Below are positions 43,495 through 58,011 of a stretch of 64,000 bases of DNA, one piece after another. The notes under the pieces were generated by a model. It had not been told where the DNA came from, ran no database searches, and saw only the letters and a list, made by a program, of their open reading frames with translations. Both the position numbers and the translations under genes were made by a program. The stretch is from Trichoplax adhaerens. Taxonomy: Eukaryota; Animalia; Placozoa. The first letter of the stretch is position 1. Every line of letters starts with the position of its first letter. The stretch spans positions 7,634,066-7,698,065 of the forward strand of contig NW_002060943.1 of assembly GCF_000150275.1 (NCBI RefSeq). The letters are read 5' to 3'.

Positions 43495-46400
43495 TTAAAA
43501 TGCTGCATTTTCGTATTCCAAGTCTTCATTTTCTTCTTGATGATGGACTGTAGTTGCTGTATCAACTGGATCTGCGTGATTTGATTCTGCAGGTACGTTG
43601 ACTTCGACATGAATTGTTGAACTCGAAGGTTCATGTTCCTCATGGTGTATTTCGCTTCCCGTTAATTGATGATGATCATCACTATCTGTTGGTAACGAAG
43701 CAGGTTTTTGTGCCGACTCTGAGCTTACATCGACTTCTTTAACCGATGCATCGACATGATGAGCATCTTGAGATGGTGCTGAATCAATATTATCGGTGGT
43801 TGGAGATGGTTCTGCTGTAGGTTGGGCAACATTTGGACTATGAGGTTCTTCAGGAGCTGGAACTTTCTGGATATTCTCGGATTCAACATCAGATGATATC
43901 GGCGATTTGCTATGATCATCTTCTCCTGATAATGGACCTGAGCCATTACTTGGTGGCACAGGAGCTGTACTTTCATCAATAATCTTATTTGAATCCTCGG
44001 ATGGTATTGGCGTTTTCTCATTCAGGACTAAATTCTCTTTTGGTTCGGATCCTTTCAGACTAGTTTCTTCATCAACATCACTTGGTTCATCTTCGTAATG
44101 GCGATAATAATCAAGTAACAAAACTGAACAAAAAATTCCAAATACCTATAAAATAATGCAAGAAAATTATACCAAATATTTGTGATAGCTTAATAGTGGA
44201 ATCTATCAAATGATTTGGCAATCATTCATATAGAACAATTATTTCAGTTTTATATTCGTACCTGAACAATTGCTACCGAGATGCCAATACCAAGAATAGC
44301 TCCACTGTGCTCACTGATGTGCTGCCGAATAGCAAATTGACATCCCTGTTAAAGTAATAAATCAATGGCATAACACTTAAGATTTCGCGAAATCATCCCT
44401 ATATTTTCTTAATAGCTATAGTCTATTGTTAATAGAATCATAGTGGTTGCATCTTCGCTATACTAGAGTCTTTCATTACTGTCTTGCTAGGTGGATTTTA
44501 TACAAGATGTATAAATAAATAAGTAAAATAATATCAGTGTTGACATTATACGGTACTCATACTAGAACTCTTTACAATAGTCGATAGAAATATACACAAA
44601 TACGTTCATGCGAATATATCGCGCTAGTTGCACGTTTGCGCTATCTAATGCAGCCAATCTGTAAATATTCTTACTCGAGTATAAATTCCTCCGGCTGGGT
44701 TGGTTACATTTCGTACTCTAGAATCCTCGCCACATCCATCCACGTAATATGCAGGTCTACAACATGATGATGGTACTGCATAGGGTTTAAAATCCTTATT
44801 TGCATTCCATAACGACTGAGCCCAATCGGTATAGTTGTTAGCACCACAGCAAAAGTACTATAGGCAAGTCATCGTGAATAGATGTTTTAGAAAGCAATCA
44901 TGTGAGACGGAAAATCACTTAATTTGAGATTTTAGAAATAATGTAGTGCTGTATTATTTATAAATTCTACGTTACAACTTTAGTAAAGATATTAAAATTC
45001 GCATTTCTATAACTTCTAAAATACAAGAAATCATTTATCAGACAGAGCTCATCTAGTAGCTAGTATAACTTTTAATTTATGTGAAAAAAGATTAAAATTT
45101 TGGTGGTAATTCGCAAAGGATAAAATGGTATGATTTTTCAATTCAAATTTAATTCATTTTAATATGTAATTAACTAATTAATTAACTGATTATGGAATTA
45201 TGAAAAAAAAAGCTTGAAATTAAATAAAATATTACGTAAGCCAGAAACGATAAAATTTTACTAGTAGTTAAGTAAGATAGGTAATTAAGAAGACATTCAA
45301 GTTCCTAGTAAATAATCACATCAAAGAGTTATGCGGGAATATGGTAACAACATTTCTTAAGTAAAATTGTATCATTAAATTATAGTCCCAATAGCTCATC
45401 TTTATTATCTTCTAATTTAGTAAAGGGTAAACGATTAAAGGACCCTTAAAGCGCAGATGAATTTCGAAAGTATTCTATTTCATTTAATTGTTGATATTAG
45501 CAAATACCACTAACGACACTTTATCTAATCTTCAGACTTGGCTAATTATCAGAAATATTATTAAAGATGAACTTACTCGATGTTGGATTGCATCTAAAGC
45601 CTTAGAAAGTGGTGCATTCGATGGTTTACCATATTTTTCGATTACGTCAGTTATTAATGACGTGGTTAATTTTTGTATTTCCTATTTCATTCATCCATTA
45701 TCATTAATATATGTAGAAAATGCCATGAACAAAAGTGATAGAAGATTAAATCTCTTAACATAACGTAAAGGTATTTAAAAAGTATTTTTTCAGATAAAAT
45801 GATTACGATAACTGGCAAATGGTTATACCTGTCCTTGATTTACACCTGCCCAAACTCCAGCTGCAATTTCTAATAGGCAGACGATAATTAAACCGCTAGT
45901 AAACTATAGCAAACAAGTAGAGTGAGTTACAAAACCGATCTGTTTTACAGAATATAGCATTAGATTCAAATAAATAAGATCCCATAGATAGATCGTTGGA
46001 AAAAGCGATTTTTATCGTTTCATCCAATTATTTTTGCATTAAATACTGTATTAAAAGAGCTAAATGTACTTGTTGGGTTATAAATTCTGCTCGAAATCTT
46101 ATATCTTATTATTAATGAAATACTGTGATAATATAATGAACTACTGTCCTGTTCAGCTCTAGCAGCCATATCAACTTAAGGACATATCAAACTATTATAA
46201 CTGCCCCTTCCTTAGCTAAATTAGTAGATAGAGCAACTTGTCCGATTAAGTTTTAAGAATAAACTAAGGTACGCTGTTGCACTGCGTTTCTTCGTTATTC
46301 TTAGCCTCAAAATTGAACAGAAACAAAAAATAAGTTATACTAATTTGATCTATGATCTGTGATATCAGCTATGATTTCAGTAATGAAGATATAACTGTAA

Positions 46401-49003
46401 TGTTCTATATCAGCATTTTTATCTTTAAATGAATTGTTAGCTTGCATCTTAATTCTTACAGACGGTCTAGGTGTAAATTAATGATTAATGTAAGCTCATG
46501 AGTATGACTTTATTACTAAATAAATATTTCGTTTTTGTGTTAACATCACATTAGGTAGTTCTAAATCTGGCTAATATAAATAGAAAGTCAATATTATGTC
46601 TAGCAACTACAATTCCATGGAGTGGACTTATAAGGCGAATGTAGGTTATAAAATTACAACTGATAGGGATTGATTTGGTTTTAGCAGCTGCAAAATAAAA
46701 TTTTGTTTCCATCACGTCCATCATATAAAATTTATTTTAAATTTTGATACGGTAATATTGTGCTTTATCATGATAATCCGATAAAACGCAAGTTATATTT
46801 ATCAAAAAAGGTACTATAACTTGCTTGATAATGCCTGAAATATGAAGTTTACTTTATTAGAATAGAGAAATGGCTAATAATATTATTTACCATCCCAATC
46901 AGACATGCATGTTCTTGATAAGCACCGAACCATCCCAAGAAACCGATTAAGCCAATAAAACATCCAGACACAATAACTAGAATCGTTCCAGTTCTAAATA
47001 AATTATTTGTTAAAACCGATGTGTTGGCATTGGAAATTAATATCCAGACTCCAACACCAACAGTCGTAATTCCCATAATCTATAAAAAGATCAATTAAAT
47101 GATAACATTGAGAATGGCTATTTTGTAATATATATTTATACGAGCATAGCTGTAGGCTATCAGTGAAAATCAAAGTTAAATGATGCTGGTGAATGTTTTA
47201 ATATTTTAATAATTAAACATTTTAACATGTCACTAAACTGACGATAACCTTGATTTTTGTAAGCTAAATATTGCATTAAAATACGGGATATTGCGTATTA
47301 GATATTATGTTCGTAAGAAACAAACGAAACGACCTTTATTACCAGCTTTTCAAATACTAAATTGTATATTAAACTAGTAATTATGGATAAAGTGCAACAG
47401 TGGGCCGGCATATAGACTATCGTAAGTGATAAACTGGAGGTGATGAAGCTCTAGCTAGTTATCATATTAAATTAGAAATTATTGCACCGTATTTTGGAAA
47501 TAAAATTCAAGAATTAAGCAAAATTAGTTAAATTAATTTAGTGCGTTTGTATTTTATATTTTATTATTAATTAAATTGATGACAATCAAACAAGTTAAAT
47601 TTATCACTGGAATTAGAGATAAATAATTGCGGAATTAAAATTTATTCAAATTTTACCCTATTATAAATTTACTAGATATGTTTCATTATCAATAATTTTA
47701 TAATCTGAAGATAGACCTAAATCGCAGCTGATTGCAGCATATTATTCATCGTCACGATCTGATAAACTAAAACTTTCAATCTCGATTTGTGTTCATATCT
47801 ACATTCTTCCGTACAGTGCGATATAAACTTAATTCATGCACAAACAATTACATGCTGTATAACTACGAAATAGTTTTACGATACATCCATCAAATACAAT
47901 TATAAACCATTCTTAATCTATTTAAATTACATATCTTTTGTAATAAGTATTTTAGAGAAATTAAAATTAAGCTCAATCAAAAAATACCAGCAAATAACTG
48001 TATGTAGAAGGGTGGCATTTCTTGTATACAATTGTAGTCCTGACTAACCTCTTCTATAGCTTTTTTATCGACGTATAGTACCACGCTTTTAATGCATTTT
48101 CTAATTTATAGCATGGTGTTAAATAATTTTGATATGTAGTACTGTACCGATTTCTATTCGACAGTAAGTAATATTTCAATCAATTGTAAATTATTTATCG
48201 ATATCTAAAATGATGTTTCATTTATTATAAATTAATTTCTACAGGAATATATCTACAGGATAACTATATTAGCAACCTAATGCCTGTAAGATATGTAAGA
48301 TGTTATAACTGCTAAGGATAAAGTAATACTAATAAATAATGTGAATAGATACGACCTAATCTTCTATTAGGATTGAGACTTTTAAAGTTGGTCTTTTATT
48401 ATATGTCGAAACCAGGATACTAAGTAGCCCGATTGAACTATTAATATATGAAACGATGATGAGAAAAAATGAAAACAGTGCAAGTAAATGTTACTTTTAG
48501 GTCTGAAATTTTTAATTACAATCTTTTTGTATTAAATCCTGATTGAAAATGTTCCAAGATTTGGAAGAGAATTTTTGCTTTCTACTTAAAATAAGATGTA
48601 CGGAATGTTAATCTATGACGACTGACTATATTCTTTGTACATCTTAAAGAAGTAGCAGGATCTTAGCGGTATTAGATGATTATTTGCTACTAGGCTAGTA
48701 GTAATAATTTAATGTTAATTCGTGGCACATGGGAAATTTAAATTGATCGATTTCAAAAATCGCAAAATATGAAAACCAATTAGCCAGTTTAGGAGAATAG
48801 AATTACGGGAAAATGCTATCTTAAAAATATGAATAATATGTTTTGATTTATCTTGTTACTTTAAGCTATCGAATCGCTAGTAAATTATACACTATCAATC
48901 TAATTAAACTATTTTTTACCCAAAAGACGATATTAAAGGCAAAAAGGGACCAACGGGCATATTTCATTTTGCCTTTAGCTTTTACTTCACCTTTAATAGC
49001 CAT
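43495..49003 (-). CDS. Tetraspanin B with an extended ~200-aa acidic/disordered C-terminal tail
   Basis: Exons 49003-48920 (..KYARWSLFAFNIVFW), 47079-46891 (GFLGWFGAYQEHACL), 45903-45829 (LEIAAGVW), 45681-45577, 44857-44675 (YFCCG..VPSSCC..GC), 44345-44262 (GCQF..), 44145-43495 (VFGIFCSVLLLDYY + tail ..EDLEYENAAF*). All introns phase 0. Confidence 0.92.
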
Positions 49004-52000
49004 CGCTCTTATGATAGATTAAATTCTAGTCTTTAATAGAGGAAAAGATAAGAAAAAGTAGGAAGGAATATTATATAAATTCTTTTAATGATGATATTAG
49101 TGATGATGAAATAAATTGCTAGTTGTACCGGAATATGTCAAAATGTAATTCAGCAGCAACGTTCTAATTGAGTCAAAGCTGGTTACAAGGTTATTCGGGG
49201 TTATCTTTCAAGGTTCACCTAATCTACTGATCTATTCAAAATCAACCTGTTATCAATAGATGATTGACAAGATTATTTAATCATGTCCTTTTTATTTGTG
49301 AATCACTCTTTCCTCTTTGGGTGTGTCTAACTCAAAATTAAATAAATTTTAATATGTATGGAGAGAATTGATATCAAGCTTTTACTATAGCTGTAATTTA
49401 CTGATCAACTAACACTTTAATACTAAATATTTTACCGTACCAATCTTATTTATAAACTTAAGATCTTATATGGTATAAAAAGATTCTTGCGATGCCCTCT
49501 AACATAAGAATAAGTTAAGACATGATTACTAAGTCTTAAAGAGTCAATCATTCATCGATCGTATCAATTTAGATGTAATTTGGAGCAAGTACAATTTATT
49601 TTTGAATTGAAAATATGTGTCACGTAGCTTATATATTCTGAAGGAATTCTACTTTCATAATATCATTTCAAGATGACATTAACGAAAATGGTATTTATGT
49701 CGAGGTTAATGATGACAATAGTTCAGATAGCTAGCCCTCAATATACATGACTAGGTGTGGTTGTTTATTATTGACATTTTTGAAAAGCCATTTGTCTTAG
49801 TCGGTCAGTTGTTATAATAATAATTTGGTACTTATTTAGTGATTGAAAGTTGTTAAATATTAATTTATATCTGATTCTATCACCAATTAAATAACTCAGG
49901 CGATAAAATGAATTGGATACCATTTCAATCATTGTTGCAGCAGATTATAATGAACAGAATACTATTAATACTATCATCTGATGATGTTTATCGAACCTGA
50001 TGACGTTCGATGTCAATATTCGACTGAAAAGAAGCACCAGGCATTTTCAAAATTTTTTAACAACATGTTTTACGGTAATTTCTTGGAAATGAATGAAGTC
50101 GATCGACGTTAATCGAAAATATATATGCGACCGTATGATTAATCAAATGTTAATCGTTAGGTTAGGTACTACCCTATTTCTTCCAACAAGAATGAATGAA
50201 TATAAACCCTCCAAGAGTAAATATTGCTCTATTTAGTCAAGTTCACTATTAAAGTAATCTTGAAGGGGTAAATTTGCTAAAATCAATGTGTAAAAAGCGT
50301 TTTGAGATAAACTCTTCTATTCTACTGGTAACACATAGTATTTTGCCCCTTGTCAAGATTTTTCAATCGGAAACAATGACTTCATGATTTTAAAATCGTT
50401 TATTAGAATAAAGATTTATTGAACTCAGCGCGATTTCTCATTAATCAGCCTATAGTAACACTTTTTGGGATACATAGCCACAGTTTAATGTAACGATTAG
50501 ATAAGTCATACTTTCTATAGTAAACTTTCAATGCAGTATTAAAGACTGCAGGAGTACAATTATCGATATGATAGCCGATCGTACAGCAATAGAATGCAGA
50601 TAATTTAGTTTTACGTCAGTATAAGATTTGTACTCGCACGTATGAATTTCTGACATAGATAATCTTATAGCTTGATCACATAGGATAATAAAGACGTTAC
50701 AAATTCTTGAAAGACCCATAAAATGACTTTAGAGATGTTCCAAGTCTTCGGTACAGGTATATAAAGGAGATGATGTGATGTAATATCATGCTCAGATGTT
50801 GGTAATTATATAACTTAGTTAAACAGTAGAAGTAGGTTAGAAATATATCGCAATTTTGAAATTTCTATAAATAATTGTTAAAGATTATTCATTATCTCAA
50901 GGATAGATAAAGTTCGACCGATGGTCTATCAAATAATAAATTAGCAATATCATCTGCGATAGTTATTTATTAAGTGCATATCAAAAGACTATTTATTAAT
51001 ATAGCTAAGAATTCCATGATTGCGATTGATTTCTAGCTATTTAAGTTGAAACTGTATCCTTCTACCTGTTCAATTTCATCACTACTTTAGCCAAGAATAA
51101 CAAATGAAAATAAAATATCCCTATTATTGCTATTCAATTAAGTTATGAAAACAGGCGTTGCCGTAATGGAAATGGTTAAATTGTTGTGCTAATGATGTTT
51201 ATTTTGATGCGAGTTCGTATTGTATTATGATGGTCATGGTGTTACATTTCTACTATTTTTTTAGTCATTTATCAAGCTAGATAGAGTAAGAGTATTTGAA
51301 ACAAAAATAAATCTCTACTAAAATGATCTGAGAAGATATTCTATTTTCTGGGCTAAAGGGTTGATGATTTCTTGAGTTTTCGAGGAATATCACGTAACAG
51401 GTGTAATGTTGTAGTCAGATTTGAGAACAGAATCGGTTTAGCTATTCTGATAAATCATAGAATTGCTTATGAAAGTGTTACAAAATAGCATAAGATGATT
51501 TTAAGATTGATGGACGTTCTGATATTTCTGATATTGAGCACGAATATGAGCCTGTCCTATTAGCTCTCTTTCTCGAATTATTTTTAATCATACCTATTTT
51601 CCTTCTACTACCTGATTCTATCAAGCTAATCTACAATATAACAGGTATAACTGAATTAAAGTCTATGACTTGCATGCTTTGGCAGGTCAAATATTTTATT
51701 CTCTCCTCTTAATCCCAGCATAGAAGGTCAAGTTAACTATCCATTGACAGCTAACTAATTAATTAGAATTCATCAGTTAATCATGGTGACATAATATTGT
51801 AAGATAATCCCTCCTTACTAAGATAAATAAACATAGGTAACTCCTTATTCCATTATAATTCAATCAATCAAGAAAAATAATTCTTTTTGATCCTTGTGTA
51901 TAAAAAAGAAATCATTAGGAACATGTCATATGCATTATCCCATGTAGCCATAGTGATACAGAAAATAGAATTCAGTACCAGCAATACGTTGGAAAGGTGG

Positions 52001-52163
52001 AGATACTTTACCTTTAGGCCGCTAGTACAGGCTTAGGTTAAGATTGACCGTTGACATTAGATTTAAGGAATTCCTATCATCTCTATTTCTTTCTCCACTT
52101 AACTTTGAAGGCTTGTCATCTATAGGTCATTTATATTCTTCACTGGTTAAAATTATAGACACT

Positions 52164-55100
52164 ATGGGTTGTGGTAATTTATCAAGGATATTATTAATTG
52201 TCTTCAATTTTATCTTTGTGGTAAGTTATAGATTACATGGTAAAATACGCATACTTCTTTAACGTTGGTAAATTGTCTTACTTATTCCTTTCTTTAAAAT
52301 TGAAAAGCTATTCGTAACTTCTAAATCACTAAAAGTTATTATCACACAAGCTATTTATCGGTTTCTTCTAATATCCAAAGGAATAATTATTTAAAGATTC
52401 TAGATCATCGTTAAATTACACTCCTGCATAGATTATCGTAAATATCTATTTCTTTCAACATTTGAAATGAATATTAAAAAGTTCTAAATCATCGTTAGAT
52501 ACCGCTTAATGATAAAGTATTACGCAAATCAGTTCCTAAAATTCTCAAAAGATCATTTTTAAGTTCTAAAATCATCGTCATACAAGTATACTACTTTAAT
52601 ATTTCCTATCCTATTTATCCGTTTCTTTCAGTATTGAAACGATCGTCAAGTATAATTTTCATGTTCTCCATCTCATTCATCTATTCCTTCTATTATTTAA
52701 AAGAATTGTATAAAATTATCAGATGCTACTTGATCAGACTGTCCTATTTATATGTTTCTTCTAATGTTTAAAAGATGATTTGGAAGTTCTAAATTATCAT
52801 CAAGTGCTACCTCCACATAAATTGATTTACTACATGTTTCTGTTAATACTAAAACGATAGCTTAAAAACTTCTAAATTGCCACAAAATCCTACTTTAGAT
52901 ACATGATCATAGATTATAATAAAACGACCTTTTCCTTTTAAGATACTTTTCACCGTGATGGCATAGTTTGCTTACGATGGTACAGCAAACTATCCAGTTT
53001 ATCATCATTTAAAATTGAATTTTTTCTATCATAATGTTATTTTTTACTTAGAATAACGTGTCACTAAAAATTAAGCCACATTGTAGTAGTTGAATTCACA
53101 GATTATGGTGATTTTTTCTGAATATGAGTATTTCATAGTATCTTCAATCATTCACATTCATCTCCATTGCAGTAATTTCAAATTTCGGAAATAGCATTAA
53201 TATCTGTATTACTAACATTTAGATTTGCTATTTTTGGTGCTATTGGTCCAATAAATCATAGCTACTATTATCGTGGTTTTCAATTCCTTACCCTAAGCTA
53301 ATAGTATCTTGAGATACCATAAATTAAAATCTATCTGAAATCTAATCTAGCATAACTCTTTGGTATCTTATTGTTTAGCTATTCTCACTAGTTATAATGT
53401 TCTCACTATGGAACTACAATGTAATTCATAAAAACTTTCGTCTTTAATGGTATCAATATAGTCAGTTTTAAGTAATCATAATTGGGCATATCACAGGTAT
53501 CTAACACTATGGATTAACTTTCAATTTTATCATACTGATTAAATTACACTCATCCGAAGGAGCACCAAGTAAAGATTTTCCTTCAGTCATTTCCTGCTGA
53601 ATGTTGTACGTTAGTACATTATATAGTATAAGGTTCTTGAAATCTTCTTTCAAGCCGCTAGTAATATACGTAAATAGCTGATAAAATTTGTGAAATTAAT
53701 CACCATTTATCATTTCTATATCTTATTTAAAGATTTGTTTTCAAAAATTGGTGTTAAAGATTATAAATTTTGAATTTTAGCCATTTCTCTTTACTCTTAA
53801 GTTATTCAAATGTTACGGGATAAGGCCTAACCGGTCTAGGTTTTCCCTGATATGGCTTTTTCCTCGCAACATAGAGATTTTTTTTTAAATTGGTCTTAAA
53901 AATTACAAATCTTTGAATCTTAAAACTTTTTTGTTTACTTTTTAAGTTATCCAATTATCACAGGATAAGGCGAACCAGGTTCGGTTTTCGCTGATGTAAC
54001 CTTTTTCTATAACGCAAAACAGTACGAAACAGCTAATTTCTTGTAGAAGGCCGCATTTAAAATGACTTTTACAAAGTAATTGGATATTTTTAATTAAATC
54101 TTTGATATCAGAAAGGGCTTCATGGCACTTTTAAAGACTGTAATAGCTTAAAATTACTTTATTCTGACTTAGATTTTTTCATTTCTAAAGCATCTAAATT
54201 ACTCAATCTCAATCTAATAGTAGATTCACTACTCGCGATAGTTTTAAAAAAAATGAGCGTATCATTTAATATTGGGTATTCTTTTCTAATCGATAGACAG
54301 TTTTATAACATACAGAATTGATAAAACTGCTATTAAAAATCAATTGGATCAACCCATGACGCAATAGCCAATAATACTATAATTTTGCTTTTATTTAAAT
54401 CAGCTAAATGTTAGAATTAGCACAACTTCCTTCTATATTAACATTTTACCACGGTCACAGCCAAGTTGTGAAAGGTGGCTTAATTAGTAAAAAAAGTGGA
54501 TTGTATAGTGATCTTACGAATTATAGGAATAATTAAAAAGCAACTGCAATATCCTATGTTATTAATATAGTTTAATCATACAATTATCTTCTTATTACTT
54601 TTTACCTTCTCGATTGGAAAAGCTATAAAACTTGATTTCGCTTCCTTGATTAATTGATTAACTAATTGATTAGTGTTATAAGTTATGCTATTCCGTTATT
54701 CAAGCTTTAAGTTTCAACACTGGACTGAAATTATTATTCACTTAGCGAAGCTTTGTTGCTGTACTTTAATTCAAATCTAATCATACTGCACGAATTTATG
54801 ACTTAAGATATTATACTATTTTTACACTCTTACAACAGTATACGTATACGCGTAAATACCCGATTAAATATTATTTGATATCATTAATATGCTTGTACTT
54901 ATTCCTTCTTACAAATTCTTCAATTAAATCATATTGTTAATATTGCCATAAGTAGAATATGAAAGTTACTTGAAATAGGTTTCCAGCTTGTTTCTTATTC
55001 TTATTACCAATATCAGCAAGTAACATAATTCTTTACGTAATTTAATTAAGCGGCCTGCAGCGGATATCTTAAAATATTACTGATGTCTAATGAGATAATT

Positions 55101-58011
55101 TCATTGTGTTGAGATTGGCTGCGTTTAAGGAATTAATACTACATAATAAAATTAGCTATTGCAAATCTCCTACAATTTGAGTCTAGTTTGATAACTTTAT
55201 TTTATTTTAATGACGCCTACAATTAAGAATTTAATGTTACATTTAATAAACTAAGCTAAGGGCAAATCTTGGATTTAATTTATTATACTGTATTTCAGAC
55301 TTGTAAAGAATGATTATAATTGACATGCTATCATTAGATCAATTGCTCAATCTGCAGTAGATCTTTACTTCCTGAATGTAATTTTAATGATTTTATTTGT
55401 TCCAAGACTGCTTACGATCAAGATAATAGTCTTACTAATATTTAATTAGCTAATCTGGTATAAACCTTTTCGGATATGAGTCTAATTTGATCTTTTCATT
55501 TTATATTTAAATTTAAATTTATTAAAATTTAGGAAATAATTTACACCCTATTTTTGCATATTTCTTTCGCAGTTATCCGGTTTCGCGGTGATCGGTTTGG
55601 CGGGATATAACCTCGCTACCTACTGGGATATAGCAACAATTGCTGCGGATAGCGCAGTTACTATCGGAACTATTCTCTTGCTTACTGCTGGTATTATCAC
55701 CACTCTAGCTGGCATATTAGGCTTTTGTGGTTCACTTAATCGGCATCCAGGAATGCTACTTGGAGTATGTTATAACAAAATTACACTTCTGTCATAACTG
55801 ACAGTACCGTAGTTTAATTTAATGAATTCTTTTAAGATTTATGATTGGAACCTAATTAAGCTAACAGTCGAATTCACTGGTAGGCAAAGTGTAATAGCAT
55901 ATCTCCACCATTATTAACATTTACAATGGATTATATTATATTATCTTTTTAGTTTTTTATCCTATTGCTTTTAATATTTGGATTTGAAGTAGCTGCCGGA
56001 ATTTATACGGTTGTGCATCGCCAAGAGGTATTATAATCCTTAAACTTTATCAATTACTAGACTGCCAATTGCAAAGTCATAATCTCTTAATTTATTAATT
56101 TCAACTAGGTAATAGATGCATTAAGGACTAAATTATCTAACGATATTCAAAATAAATATACACCTAACAATCTGGGTATTCAAAGAGGACTCAATGCAAT
56201 TCAAACTCAGGTAAACAAGTTTTACAATCTAAAGATAATTTGTGTACACCATTAGCTCTGTATACAAGTTAATGGACGGCATAAAATTTAACTTATTAAA
56301 CCTAAATATCCATGATTAAAAGAATTACAGCTTACAAGTTACCTAACGGACTGTTTTCGTTAATTCCACATTATTTACTAGTTTTACAAGAATTACATAC
56401 TGTATGCTAAAGTTACAATATCCAAGATAAAACTAATCGATCTTGAGTTGGACCAGATTTAGCGAATTATTTATTCATTGAACCAAATAAGTGCAAACAA
56501 AAGCTGAAGTAACTTCCTATAAATCATGTTGGCATCGTAGAATCTAGAGATATAGATCATGCTACCGTAACTGTATGAACATTTTCACTAATGCTACTAT
56601 AAGAATATAAGATGAGTGAATTTACAAGATCATAAATAGGATAAATACTGACCGTACTTAAATATATGATTACACGCCAAATGCCCAAATTTGTAGACAT
56701 AGCTAAGATTATCTAAATTCTTCATGGTTGAAACTGTAAACAAATTCATTTCCGATCTTTACTATACTGTATGCAAGGTAGCTTACATATCTAAAATACT
56801 ATCGCACTAAATTGCATCAGATCATGTGCCGTGCGAAATTTCCAGATTCCAGATAGAATAGAGCTTACTTGAATTTGTACACATATAAAAAGTAATATAA
56901 AGGTTGGCATTAATAATGTTAAAACGGAATTGATAAATACTGCATATATATATGCTTTATGCAAAGGAAATCAAATTTTTGTAAATTTTATTCATTCTGC
57001 ATGCATCATGTGATATTAATATTTGCAATTAAATCCGAATAAAAATATTTAGATGACTTTTAATCGCATCAATTTAATATAATAAGTATTGTGTGCACAC
57101 GCTTATCCTCCTCCTAATATTTTATGAAGTCTCTAAATTCATTTCGCGATATAGTTTAAATGCTGTGGCTCCAGTAACTATACCGATTGGGCAAGATCAA
57201 CCTGGGGTGCCGGTAAAACTATCGCTTATCCAGTACCTGATTCTTGTTGCAAAGTTTACGTTCCAGGTTGCGGATTAGATGAAGTACAAAGAGGTGGTGC
57301 AAATCTAACCGGAATAAACCTGAATGTAAGTATGACAAACTTTCGTATACCAAATGAATAAAAGTTTTGGGAAATAGTAAGGGTAAATGAATTTAAAAAT
57401 CGCACAATGTCCAATCAATAGGGTTGCGTTCAATCAGTTTCTAATACAATATCAGAAAATGCCTACATTATTTTGGGAGTTGGTGTCGGTATTGGTGCCT
57501 TGCAGGTAAATAGTCACTTCAAATGTTCTAGATATTGTTATTCTTGCTATTTATCGCTTTATGATAAAGTTGATAAGATTCGCTGATATCGCTGAAGTCT
57601 TTGTTATAGTCGTAATATACTGTACACATTATTATTCTAACGAGCACATATCACTGTTATACGATTTTTAATATAGCGTAAGAACAATACGCATCAATTT
57701 AGTCCTATAACCAAATATAACCAAGTTATAAATAATTAAGTCTATTACTACAGTGAATGCACCGTAAACTTAAAAATAGTTAATGCTATATGTATACAGT
57801 TACATGTATTGTAAAGATAAAGTTATTCTGAGTTGATACGCTACTAAATACGTATATCGATAAATTCTATCTCTTATAAATGTTAATGAAAAATTGTTAT
57901 AACAACTTGATTGTAAATATTTCGTTCGCTTTTCAACGTTCTCTTTTACAGATCTTCGGTATGGTTTGTTCCATGATTTTATATTGCGACTTAAAAGAAG
58001 ATAAAGATTAA
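52164..58011 (+). CDS. Tetraspanin C (CD63/TSPAN4-like)
   Basis: Exons 52164-52220 (MGCGNLSRILLIVFNFIFV), 55573-55764 (AGILGFCGS), 55953-56027 (FEVAAGIY), 56109-56210, 57155-57325 (FKCCGSSNYTDW..YPVPDSCC..GC), 57422-57505 (GCVQ..), 57952-58011 (IFGMVCSMILYCDLKEDKD*). Confidence 0.93.
52300..52900. repeat. Degenerate ~80-84-bp minisatellite in intron 1 of tetraspanin C
   Basis: A core resembling ttctaaatcatcgt recurs at about 52319, 52398, 52482, 52564, 52787 and 52870. Each copy is preceded by a similar tatttctt-c-aatatt--aaa-ga segment. Confidence 0.65.
53744..54007. repeat. ~143-bp degenerate tandem duplication in intron 1 of tetraspanin C
   Basis: aaattggtgttaaagattataaatt..ttaagttattcaaatgttacgggataaggcctaacc..gttttccctgat aligns with aaattggtcttaaaaattacaaatc..ttaagttatccaattatcacaggataaggcgaacc..gttttcgctgat. 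Confidence 0.7.

Noticed and set aside
43458-44021. Alternative-frame ORFs overlapping the tetraspanin B tail
   Set aside because: Only the 43495-44145 frame joins TM4 through a phase-0 acceptor. The others lack splice support.
45488-45763. 91-aa plus-strand ORF
   Set aside because: Antisense to exon 4 of tetraspanin B, with a non-ATG start.
49975-50030. C/D-box snoRNA-like motifs (TGATGA...CTGA)
   Set aside because: Only ~50 nt between boxes, intergenic, no terminal stem and no recognisable rRNA guide. Such motifs are frequent in AT-rich DNA.
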